DNA from: an uncultured Armatimonadetes bacterium | GTDB lineage: Bacteria; Armatimonadota; Hebobacteria; Hebobacterales; Hebobacteraceae | Assembly: GCA_963716175.1 (NCBI GenBank) | Contig: OY970296.1 | Span: 3,392,001 to 3,456,000, forward strand | DNA: 64,000 bases | Reading direction: 5' to 3' | In this document: piece after piece, positions 29,752 through 38,901 of the stretch | Position numbering within the stretch: position 1 is the first letter of the stretch | Layout: the number at the start of each line of letters is the position of its first letter | The notes under the pieces: model-generated | What the model was told of the DNA's origin: nothing | Seen by the model: the letters and a program-made list of their open reading frames with translations, nothing else | Database searches by the model: none | Translations under genes and position numbers: made by a program

Positions 29752-30378
29752 GTGATGGCCGTGCTTGGTGAGCTCAAGGAAGCGATCATCTCGGGAAACC
29801 GCGATCGGGCGAAGGCGCTGACCCAACAGGCGCTGGATGAGGGCCTGCAGGCGCGCACGATTGTGGTGGACGGGATCGCTGCCGCCATGGAGGTGGTGGG
29901 GGAGAAGTTCCGGAGCAACGAGTTCTTCGTGCCGGAGCTGCTGATTGCGCAGCGAGCGATGAAGGAAAGCCTGAAGATGATGTCTGGGGCGGAGGTGGAC
30001 TACATCGGGACGGTGGTGATCGGCACCGTAAAGGGGGATCTGCACGACATCGGCAAGAACCTGGTGTCGGCGATGCTGGAAGGGGCAGGCTTCAAGGTGG
30101 TTGACCTTGGGGTGGACGTGTCGCCGGACCAGTTCGTGAAGGCGGCGGGCGAGAACTCGGCCAACCTGGTGGCGATGTCGGCGCTCCTCACCACGACCAT
30201 GGGATCAATGAAGGATACCATCGAGGCGCTGAGCAAGGCCGGGCTGCGCAAGAAGACGCGGGTGCTGGTCGGCGGCGCCCCGGTCACGCAGAGCTATGCC
30301 GCAGAGATCAAGGCTGACGGCTACGCGCCGGACGCGGCGAGCGCGGTGGAGAAGGCCAAGGCGCTCCTCTCGGCCTGA
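29752..30378 (+). CDS. Corrinoid (B12-binding) protein of a methyltransferase system
   Basis: GTVKGDLHDIGKNLV (DxHxxG), MSALLTTT, VGGAPVT. Confidence 0.95.
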   Translation: MMAVLGELKEAIISGNRDRAKALTQQALDEGLQARTIVVDGIAAAMEVVGEKFRSNEFFVPELLIAQRAMKESLKMMSGAEVDYIGTVVIGTVKGDLHDIGKNLVSAMLEGAGFKVVDLGVDVSPDQFVKAAGENSANLVAMSALLTTTMGSMKDTIEALSKAGLRKKTRVLVGGAPVTQSYAAEIKADGYAPDAASAVEKAKALLSA

Positions 30379-30569
30379 GGCCCGCAGGCAGAAGCACCGC
30401 GCGGGCTCTGTCAGAGCGGGTGTGCTAGCCGCGCAGCCAGGGGATCCGGTCTTGGTGCAGCCTATCGGCATGCATGGTCTGTTTCGAGGCTGTTGTCTGC
30501 AGGCAGGGCCGGCCCCGGGGCCGGCCCTGGTCGCACGTCTGCCAGCGCTCGCCCCAGGAATGGCGTGAC

Positions 30570-31206
30570 ATGACGACAGTGCAGATCGGCCAGCCAGAGC
30601 CAGCAGCAGAGCCCCCACCGCGCCAGTCTCTGCTCAACCGGCGGGTGACACCCGGGATGGTGCTGCTGGTGATCCTGGCGCTGGCTGCGTTCCGCCTGTG
30701 GGTGGTGGAGACGGCCATCGTGGAGGGTCGCTCCATGGACAAGACGCTGCTGCCGGGCGACCACGTGCTGGTGGTGAAGGTGCTTGGGCTGAAGCGGTTC
30801 GATGTGGTGGTGCTGACCGATCCCCAGGCGCGGGAGACCGTGATCAAGCGGGTGGTGGGCCTGCCCGGTGATATCATCTCGATGGTCCCGCGGGTTACGC
30901 CGGTGAACGGGCGAGAGGTGGTCGGCGGCACCCAGCTCTACATTGACGGAGATCCCTACGAGGAGCCCTATGCCACCTCCTCCCTGCCGACCGTGGTGCA
31001 GCCCAGGAGGATCCGGGCCGGGGAGGTACTTCGTGCTCGGGGACAATCGGGATGACAGCGTGGACAGCCGCACCTACGGAGGGGTGGACCGGGAGCTGAT
31101 TCACGGGGTGGCGGTCCTCATCTTCTGGCCCATCGCCCGCATGCATTTCATCCCGCGCACCGCGGAACTCGAGGTGGCGAGGGCGAGCGCCGCGCCCGAC
31201 GGATGA
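30570..31206 (+). CDS. lepB: Signal peptidase I; one apparent frameshift ~31025
   Basis: VEGRSMDKTL, IKRVVGLPGD, then YFVLGDNRDDSVDSRTYG in the shifted frame. Confidence 0.9.
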
Positions 31207-31222
31207 TGAAAGGAGCTGGACT

Positions 31223-31618
31223 TTGCGACCGGTCATTGTTGCCGCATTTCTGGTGATCGCCATCGGCCTGGGAGCCTTCGGGCAGATCGCGCTGAAGTAT
31301 GGCATGAGCAAGGTCTCGCTGGGCGGCGCCAGCCTGGGGCTGGTGGGCCAGGTGATCCGCTCCATCTTCACTCCTTACGTATTCCTGGGCTTCGTGTTCT
31401 ACGCGATCAGCTCATGCTTCTGGCTGGTGGTGATCTCGAGGTGGAATCTGAGCTACGCCTATCCTATGATCGCCATCGGTTACGTGGCCGTGGTCTTGCT
31501 CTCCCGGCTGTTCTTCAGAGAGTCGGTGAACCCGCTGCAGTGGCTTGGGATCGTGATGATGTGCGGCGGCCTGGTGATGGTGACGAGATTCGGCGCCTCC
31601 ACGGGCGCGCTACACTGA
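31223..31618 (+). CDS. SMR/EamA-family small membrane transporter (ArnE/ArnF-like lipid-sugar flippase candidate)
   Basis: Four TM helices; GQIALKYG, WLVVISRWNLSYAYP, FFRESV. Confidence 0.85.
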   Translation: MRPVIVAAFLVIAIGLGAFGQIALKYGMSKVSLGGASLGLVGQVIRSIFTPYVFLGFVFYAISSCFWLVVISRWNLSYAYPMIAIGYVAVVLLSRLFFRESVNPLQWLGIVMMCGGLVMVTRFGASTGALH

Positions 31619-31674
31619 GGGGAATATGGGGCTGTGATGGAGGCGGAACGGCCTGCCTCCACAGGTGCGGTGCA

Positions 31675-34086
31675 CTGAGATCGTCTTCGCCCACAGCGCG
31701 GCGGCTGATCTTGCTCTGTGCCCTGCTCGCCGCCCCGACGCTGCTGGTCGGGCCGGCGCTGCGGCCGGGAAGCGCGCTGCTGCCGGCGGACTTGCTGGTG
31801 CACTTCGAGCCCTGGCGCTCACAGCTCGCCGTCCTGCCGGAAGCGTACTGGGACCCCCTGGTGTGGGACGGGATCGCGCAGTACTACCCCTGGCGGCTGT
31901 TCGCCTCTGAGTCTCTGCGCGCTGGGCACCTCCCGCTGTGGAACCCGTACCAGTTCTGCGGCACGCCCTTTCTGGCGAATGGCCAGTCCGCGGTGCTCTA
32001 CCCGCTCAACCTGCTGTTCTGGGTGCTGCCGGTGGCGTGGGCCTTTGGGCTTTCGGCCTGGCTGCATCTGGGGCTGGCCGGGTGGTTCGCTTACTTGTTC
32101 CTGCGGCGGATAGGCGCGGGCCGCGCGGGCGGCGTCTGTGGTGGTATCGTGTGGCAGGTCAACAGCTTCTTCGTCGCCTGGCTGCACCTGCCGACCGTGA
32201 TCTGCAGCGCGGCCTGGCTGCCGCTGATCCTACTGCTGGGCGATCGCGCCCTGACCACTGGCCGGGCGCGCTATGCGCTCGCAGGCGGGACGGCGCTGGC
32301 GCTGTCTTACCTCGGCGGTAATCCACAGATCTTCCTGTTCGTAGGAATGATGACCGTGGCCTATGTCGTGGCGCGGGGGTTGAGTGCAGGCGGGGCAGGT
32401 CGCGGACCTGCCCTACTGGGCGTGGGTCGGTTGCTGGTCGCCGGAGTGGTGATGGCGGTGACAGGGCTGGGGCTTGCCGCCGGCCAGATTCTTCCTACTC
32501 TCGATCTCATGCGCATCGCGCACCGCGCCTTCACCCCTGGGCCGCAGGCCTATGCTGCGTTCCTTTCTCGCGCGCTCCCGGTGCCCATGCTCGCCAACCT
32601 GGCGCTGCCTCATCCGCTCGGGCACCCGGGCCTCGGTACTTACGCGGGCCCTGAGAACTATGCCGAGTACTGCTGCTATGTCGGCATCGTGGCCCTGGCT
32701 CTGGCGCTGTGGGGAGCATTCACTCATCGCTCATGGCATGCCCGCTTCTTCGCCCTCTCTGCCTTGGCGGCGGTCCTGATCGCGGCTGGAACTCCGCTGA
32801 ACTGGCCGCTTTACCACTGGCTGCCGGGCATGGCCGGCGCGGGTGGGCCGGCGCGGATGGTGCTGCTGGCGGTGTTCTCCTTGAGCATCCTGGCCGGCCT
32901 GGGATTTGACTCGTTGGGCAGGCCCGCCCTCGCCAGAGCCAAAGGGAGCTTGCCTCCTGCCCCTGCGATCAGGAGCTGGGGCCCTGCCCTTCTCCTGCTG
33001 CTGATCGGGGCCGCAGCCGCTTTCGCGGGCTGGTTCTTTGCCGGGCTATCTCCAGTTGCCGAGCCGGAGATCGCGCAAGAGGTCGCGGCTGAGGCAGAGC
33101 GCGGGGTCGGGTTTGTAGTGGCCGGCATCGTCCTGCTGTTCGTGCTTCGGATTCCCTCCTTGCGTCGGGTCGGGCAGGCTGGCCTGCTGGTGATCCTCGC
33201 CGCCGACTTGCTGCTCGCGGCCCAGCACCACGCCCACGTCGTGCCACAGGAATGGGTCTACTCTGAGCGGGCGAACCCCGGCCCGATGGGCGGCCGGGTG
33301 CTGGGGAACGCCGCCGATTGGCCCATCAACCGATTCCCTGCGGCGGTGCTGCCGCCGAACGCGGCCACGGTGTATCGCCTGCGGGATGCCTTCGGCTATG
33401 ACTCTCTCTACCTGGCGCAGTACCGCGATTTCGCCTCCCTCATCCAGGGCGGCAACCCCAGCCCGCCGCTCAATGGCAACCTCTTGCTTGCCCGGCTCGG
33501 CCCTACTCGCTATGGGCTGGACATGATGAGCCTGGCCGGGGTGAAGACAGTGCTCTCTCCTCTGTTCCTGCCCGGTCTGCGCCTGGAGCGAGCCGGGGGC
33601 TACGACACCCTCGGGAATCCCTATCCGCGGCCGCGGGCCTGGATCGCCCAGTCCGCAGTGGCCGTGCCCTCTCACCAGGAGGCAGTGGCGGCCTTGACCC
33701 GGCTGGGTGGCTATGAGGATTTCCTCGTCATCACCGGCGCGGATGAGCCTCCTGGCGAGATCGTGCGGGGCACGAACCCGACCGCGCAGGTGCGCGACGT
33801 ATCCCCCAATGAAGTGGTGGTTGACCTGCCGCAAGGCGGCGGAGGCTATCTCTTCCTGGCCGACAGCTTCGCACCCGGCTGGCACGCCTACAGCAACGGC
33901 CGGGGGCTGGTGATTCGCATCGCGGATGTCACTTTCCGCGCGGTGGCGCCGCCGCAAGAGACCAAGTCAGTCATCTTCCGATATCAGCCGGCGAGCTTCC
34001 GCGTTGGGCTCTTCATCTCGCTTCTGACGATCGCCGCGGCCCTGGCAATCGGGTTCGGCTTCGTGGTAACTAAGGCGCGGACATGA
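31675..34086 (+). CDS. YfhO-family GT-C membrane glycosyltransferase
   Basis: LPLWNPYQFCGTPFLANGQSAVLYP, many TMs, C-terminal D.F.PGW...FRYQPASFRVG; start uncertain (CTG 31675 or TTG 31711). Confidence 0.85.
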   Translation: MRSSSPTARRLILLCALLAAPTLLVGPALRPGSALLPADLLVHFEPWRSQLAVLPEAYWDPLVWDGIAQYYPWRLFASESLRAGHLPLWNPYQFCGTPFLANGQSAVLYPLNLLFWVLPVAWAFGLSAWLHLGLAGWFAYLFLRRIGAGRAGGVCGGIVWQVNSFFVAWLHLPTVICSAAWLPLILLLGDRALTTGRARYALAGGTALALSYLGGNPQIFLFVGMMTVAYVVARGLSAGGAGRGPALLGVGRLLVAGVVMAVTGLGLAAGQILPTLDLMRIAHRAFTPGPQAYAAFLSRALPVPMLANLALPHPLGHPGLGTYAGPENYAEYCCYVGIVALALALWGAFTHRSWHARFFALSALAAVLIAAGTPLNWPLYHWLPGMAGAGGPARMVLLAVFSLSILAGLGFDSLGRPALARAKGSLPPAPAIRSWGPALLLLLIGAAAAFAGWFFAGLSPVAEPEIAQEVAAEAERGVGFVVAGIVLLFVLRIPSLRRVGQAGLLVILAADLLLAAQHHAHVVPQEWVYSERANPGPMGGRVLGNAADWPINRFPAAVLPPNAATVYRLRDAFGYDSLYLAQYRDFASLIQGGNPSPPLNGNLLLARLGPTRYGLDMMSLAGVKTVLSPLFLPGLRLERAGGYDTLGNPYPRPRAWIAQSAVAVPSHQEAVAALTRLGGYEDFLVITGADEPPGEIVRGTNPTAQVRDVSPNEVVVDLPQGGGGYLFLADSFAPGWHAYSNGRGLVIRIADVTFRAVAPPQETKSVIFRYQPASFRVGLFISLLTIAAALAIGFGFVVTKART
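32392..32416. repeat. In-frame REP in the YfhO gene
   Basis: Identical 25-mer GGGGCAGGTCGCGGACCTGCCCTAC encodes GAGRGPALL. Confidence 0.85.
32911..32962. repeat. In-frame nested palindromic element in the YfhO gene
   Basis: TCGTTGGGCAGG[~24 nt]GCTTGCCTCCTGCCC; the uninterrupted form is at 47728-47755. Confidence 0.7.
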
Positions 34087-35693
34087 CCCAGGCCGAACAG
34101 CCGAGCAGAATCTATCGCCGCCTGCTGGCGCTCGCGGCCATCCTGATGGTCGCGAGCGCTCTCCGTTTGCTCGGCCTGGGATGGGGGCTGCCGAACTCCC
34201 AGCACTACTTCTCCTATCATCCCGACGAAATCTTCCTGCTGCTGCCTTCCTTCGGCTTGGCCCAGGGCGACTGGAACCCGCATTTCTTCAACTACGGCAC
34301 GCTCTACATCTATCTAGTTGGGCTCCCTGCCCTGCTGTTGCATGTCGTGCCGGAGGCCGCTCAGTTTCCCGAGAACCTGAGGGCTCTCTATGAGCTGGGC
34401 CGAGGGATCACCGTGGGGATGGGGATTGCCACCATCGCCCTGCTCTTCGCTGCCTGCGGGCCGAGGCAATGGAGGTTGGGACTGCTGGCGGCCGCGCTGC
34501 TGGCGGTCTGCCCACTCCATGCTGTCAACAGCGCCTATGCCACAGTGGACGTGCCCACAGCCTTCTGGCTTACCCTTGCCTTCCTGCTGGCAATCCGAGG
34601 CGCGGGCCAGCCCACCGGCAGGCAAGCCGCGCTGGTCGGCCTGGCCTCGGGCCTGGCCGGGGCCACCAAGTACAACGCAGGGCTCTTCATCATCCCGGCG
34701 ATTCTCGCGCCCGTGCTGGTGCGGCCGCGGACATGGCGGTGGTCCTGGGCCGCCGGCGTCATCGGTGGCGCGATCCTCGGCTTCGCCCTCGGCTGTCCCT
34801 TCTTCTGGACGGAGGAGTTCCGCCGGGGCCTGCTCTTCGAGGTGCGCCATGCCCAGGTGGGAGGCACGCTGGCCTTCGTGAACACCGGGAACGGTTGGAG
34901 CTACCATCTTCTGCGGGGGCTGCCCACGGGCCTGGGCTATCCCATGCTGGCGGCACTAGTCCTGGGCACTGTGGGCGCGGTGCGGCTGCGCTGGCTGCCG
35001 GGCCGGATTTCGCTGCTGTGGTGTGCGCTCTACCTGGTTGTCATTGGCTTCGGGAAAGAGCGGTTCATCCGCTATCTGGTGCTGCTCCTGCCCTTCGCGG
35101 CCGTGCTCGCGGCCGCGGGGCTGGGTTGGCTCGCCAGCCTGGCGCGCAGCGCGCGGTCGCTCCTTGGTGTGGGGGCGATCATGGCGGGGATAGTGGGGCT
35201 AACCGGCCTCTATGCTTTCGAGCAAACTGCTCCCTCCGCGCTGCTCGATCCCAGGGACTATGCCTGGTCACAGGCAGAGTCCGATGTGCTGGCTGCGCGT
35301 CCCCAGGCGCGGGTCGGCCTGCTGGAAGCTCCCTGGTATCGCGATCCTCCAGCCTCACCCTATAACGCAGGCCAGTTCTCCCGGGCCATGTTCGAGCACT
35401 GGAATCGCGCCAACGGCGGCCGCGTGGTGACCACGGGCTGGGACACCAGGGCACTGGAGGCCCAGAAGCCTGATGTCTTCTTTCTATCAGATTTGGAGTC
35501 TCAAGACCCGATGCGCCTGCGAAGGCCCGAGGCCATCGCCTTCGTCTCCGCACTGGATGGGATCTACAAGGACAAGATCGTCTTTGGGCGGCCCGACCAG
35601 GCCTTCTCCTGGCTGGCGCCCCCTCGCTCCTGGGCGCCGCCGGACTGGCTCTACCAATCCCCTATCATCACGATGTACTATAACCCGCGATGA
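34083..35693 (+). CDS. GT39/ArnT-like (PMT-type) membrane glycosyltransferase
   Basis: LGWGLP...HPDE, NPHFFNYG, ATVDVP, ATKYNAG, RYLV.LLP. Confidence 0.85.
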   Translation: MTQAEQPSRIYRRLLALAAILMVASALRLLGLGWGLPNSQHYFSYHPDEIFLLLPSFGLAQGDWNPHFFNYGTLYIYLVGLPALLLHVVPEAAQFPENLRALYELGRGITVGMGIATIALLFAACGPRQWRLGLLAAALLAVCPLHAVNSAYATVDVPTAFWLTLAFLLAIRGAGQPTGRQAALVGLASGLAGATKYNAGLFIIPAILAPVLVRPRTWRWSWAAGVIGGAILGFALGCPFFWTEEFRRGLLFEVRHAQVGGTLAFVNTGNGWSYHLLRGLPTGLGYPMLAALVLGTVGAVRLRWLPGRISLLWCALYLVVIGFGKERFIRYLVLLLPFAAVLAAAGLGWLASLARSARSLLGVGAIMAGIVGLTGLYAFEQTAPSALLDPRDYAWSQAESDVLAARPQARVGLLEAPWYRDPPASPYNAGQFSRAMFEHWNRANGGRVVTTGWDTRALEAQKPDVFFLSDLESQDPMRLRRPEAIAFVSALDGIYKDKIVFGRPDQAFSWLAPPRSWAPPDWLYQSPIITMYYNPR

Positions 35694-37429
35694 GAGCGCC
35701 TTCTCCAGACAAAGGGGGAAATGGCGGCGGGCACGCCGGAGTCTGCCCTGAGCCGAGTCGAAGGGGCATATCCGCCCTACAGTGGCCGCCGCGTTCCGAG
35801 ATGCGCTGGGCCGCCGTTCTCGCGGCGGTCTTCATGCTGCTCACCTGTCTACCCTATCTTTTCGGTCTCGCCATCCGGCCCTCCGGCTACTACTACTCGG
35901 GTCTGCTCGCCAACCCCGACGACCACAATGTCTACCTGTCGCTGATGCGGCAGGCGCACGACGGGCGTCTGCTTTTCACCGACCAGTTCACCACGGAGCC
36001 GCAGCGCGGCCTGATGCTCGACGTGTTCTGGCTCGCCCTGGGCCTGTTTGCCCGCGTCACCCACCTTCCACTGCCCATCGTCTACCATCTCGCGCGCGTG
36101 GTCGCGGGCTGGCTGCTGCTGATGGCGGTCTACTGGCTAGCCGCGCAGGCGATCACTAGCCCTGCCGGCCGGCGTGTGGCTCTGATACTCACGGCTACGG
36201 CCTCCGGTTTCGGGTGGCTCTTCCATCCGGGGCCGGGCCAGCCGCATCCCATAGACTACGGGCCCGGCCTGGTGATGCCGGAGGCGATCACTTTCCTCAC
36301 TCTCCTGCTGAATCCGCTGTTCGCTTTCTCGGTGTTCCTGATGGTGGCGGCGCTGGGCCTCGCGGCGCAGGCCTTCGCCTCCGGCCGGATGCGATGGGCC
36401 GCGCTCGCCGGGTTGGCGGGGCTGGTCCTCGGGAACATCCACAGCTACGATCTGATCCCCCTCGCGGTGGTGCTGCTGGCCTACCTGGTGTACCTGCTGG
36501 CTGCAAGGCGGGTCGGGGCGCGGGTGGTGGGGCTGACGCTGCTGATCGGGGTGATCGCCGCGCCCTCGGTGCTCTACCAGTACTGGCTGCTGCGCACCGG
36601 GGAAGCCGGGGTGCTGGCCAAGACCGTGGGACAGTGGGGATACTCGCGCGCCCCGGTCTATGTTGCTTTGGGGCTTGGACTGCCGCTGATGCTGGCCTTA
36701 GTGGGCGCGGCGCGCGCGGTGAGTAGACGCGCGGACGTCGGCCGACTGCTTGCCCTGTGGCTGGTGCTCGGATTTGCTCTGGTTTATGTGCCGGTTTCGT
36801 TCCAGCGCAAGCTGGTCGAGGGCCTCCACATTCCCGTGTGCGTGCTCGCGGTTTCCGCGCTGGAGCCGATCTGGAGGCACGCGCCGCGCCGCGCGGTGAT
36901 CGTGGGTGTGCTGCTGGTGCTGATCGCCGTCCCCTCCAACGCGCTTTATGTGAGGCGGGCGCTGGGCGACCTGGTGACCAACAACCAGGCTTACCTGGGC
37001 AATCTGATGCCACCCCTGTATCTGCGGCCCGACCAGTACCAGGCGCTGCAGTGGCTGAACGGAAAGAGAACGGAGTCCGATATCCTGCTGGCGAACACCT
37101 TCGTCTCCAACTACGCGCCCTCGCTGGCCGGGGTTCGTGTCTACGTCGGCCACTGGTCGGAAACTCTCGATTACCCGCGGAAGCTCAAGGAGCTCTCAGA
37201 GTTCCTTCAGGCAGGCACGCCCGATGCGGAGAGGGAAGCCTTCTGCCGCGGCCGGGGGATCAGCTACGTGCTGCGCGACCGTAGTGTCTACGATGACATC
37301 TTCCTGCCTCCGTCTCGGCAGAGCGGGGGAGGATACCAGCCGGATGCCTCGCCGTGGCTCTTCCCGCTTTTCATGCAGGATCGGGTCGCGCTCTACTGGA
37401 TGCTGAGGCCAGGCGAGTCCCCACCATGA
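35690..37429 (+). CDS. Multi-TM putative GT-C glycosyltransferase
   Basis: NPDDHNVYLSLMRQA acidic motif after TM1, about 12 TMs, VYVGHWSET; ATGA-coupled to both neighbours. Confidence 0.75.
   Translation: MRAPSPDKGGNGGGHAGVCPEPSRRGISALQWPPRSEMRWAAVLAAVFMLLTCLPYLFGLAIRPSGYYYSGLLANPDDHNVYLSLMRQAHDGRLLFTDQFTTEPQRGLMLDVFWLALGLFARVTHLPLPIVYHLARVVAGWLLLMAVYWLAAQAITSPAGRRVALILTATASGFGWLFHPGPGQPHPIDYGPGLVMPEAITFLTLLLNPLFAFSVFLMVAALGLAAQAFASGRMRWAALAGLAGLVLGNIHSYDLIPLAVVLLAYLVYLLAARRVGARVVGLTLLIGVIAAPSVLYQYWLLRTGEAGVLAKTVGQWGYSRAPVYVALGLGLPLMLALVGAARAVSRRADVGRLLALWLVLGFALVYVPVSFQRKLVEGLHIPVCVLAVSALEPIWRHAPRRAVIVGVLLVLIAVPSNALYVRRALGDLVTNNQAYLGNLMPPLYLRPDQYQALQWLNGKRTESDILLANTFVSNYAPSLAGVRVYVGHWSETLDYPRKLKELSEFLQAGTPDAEREAFCRGRGISYVLRDRSVYDDIFLPPSRQSGGGYQPDASPWLFPLFMQDRVALYWMLRPGESPP
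35726..35781. repeat. GGCGGGCA-family REP with a GCCCTGAGCCGAGTCGAAGGG element nested in its loop
   Basis: GGCGGGCACGC..[GCCCTGAGCCGAGTCGAAGGG]..GCATATCCGCCCTACA. Confidence 0.7.
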
Positions 37430-38896
37430 CGGAATGGCACGAGCGTTCCTCGCGGCGACTGCTGGTGACGGCCGCGCTGGTGACCGCGGCCTTTGGCCTG
37501 GCGCTGGCAGCGCGCGTGCCCATTGGCATCCCCGGCGAGTGGGTGTGGCGGCCGAACGAACTGCCAGTGGAGCTGTGGTGGGCAGCTTTGAGCGGCCTCG
37601 TCCTGGTTGCGGTTGCGTGGCTGGTCACTCGCCCTGGCTGGTGGGCGCATCTACGGCCCATGGGGCGGGCCGGGGCCCTCGCCTTCCTCATCCTCGCGGT
37701 CTTCGCGCTTCAGTGTAGCCTGCTCAACGCGGTTGGCGCGCCCTGGGCGGCCCCAGGAGCGGTGATCGCCAGCCCCGTGGCGACCACTTACTACTCGGTC
37801 TCTCTGGATATACGCGATCCATCGGCCTGGATCGCGTCCTATCCGGAGCGGATGAGCTCGCTGCCCTATCACGTCCGCACCCACCCGCCCGGATTCGTGC
37901 TGTTCTTCCTGCTGCTGCGCGGGGCTTGTGCGCGCCTCTTGCCTCACCCATCGCGCTCGGCTCGGGGAGGTGGCTGAGGCCTATCGCACCTTCGGGATCG
38001 GTCCCTCTCCGGTGGATGCCGCGGCCGCGATCGCGGGTGCGTTCATCATCTCGCTCATCGGCGCGCTCAGCCTGTGGCCATGCTACCTCCTCGGTCGGCG
38101 GCTGATGGGAGCGGAGGCGGCGCTGTGCTCAGCCGCGCTGATGGCGGCAATGCCAGGGCTGCTCGTGTTCGGGGGCTCAGCCGATGAGATGGTGCTGACC
38201 TTCACTGCGATCACGCTCTGGCTCAGCTACTCCGCCTGGCGCCAGAGCAGTCCGGTCCGCGCGTTCCTCGCTGGCCTCACCCTGGCGGTGGGCCTGTTCT
38301 GCACCCTCGGCATGCTGACCGCTGCCGCCTGGCTGGTGATCTGGCTAGCCGTCGGTATGGCGCGATCGAGCGATCGCGCTGGCGCCGCGCGGCGGGCCGT
38401 GTTGGGTGCTCTGGCCGGGGGGGCCGGGTTGGCGGTCTTCTACCTGGCGCTGTACTTCACCCTCGGTTACCGGCCGCTGGCGGTGGCGCGGGAGGCCTTG
38501 CTGGCGCACCGGGGCGTTACCACCGTCGAGGCCGCGCGCACCTACTGGAAATGGCTGCTGATGAACCCGGCAGAGATGGTTATCTTCGCGGGCCTGCCCC
38601 TGGTGATCGCTGCCCTGTGGTCGTGCCGAGGCACGGGACAAGAGGCAGGCCTGGGCCGATGGCGCGGCTTCCTGCTCTCCTGGCTGATCACCTGTGCGCT
38701 GCTGGACGTCTCCGGTACGGTGCGAGGCGAAGTGGGCCGCATCTGGCTCTTTCTGCTCTGGCCGACCGCGCTCGCCGCCGGGCCCTGGTTGGCGGCGAGG
38801 CCGCGCCGGGCGACTGTGATCGCACTGCTGGTGGCCCTCACCGCCTGGCAGACGATCTTGATGCGAGGCTATCTCACGATCTACGATATCTTCTGA
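37426..38896 (+). CDS. Multi-TM putative GT-C glycosyltransferase; one apparent frameshift ~37960
   Basis: HVRTHPPG, many TMs, GEVGRIWLFL; two overlapping ORFs. Confidence 0.7.
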
Positions 38897-38901
38897 CCGC
38901 C

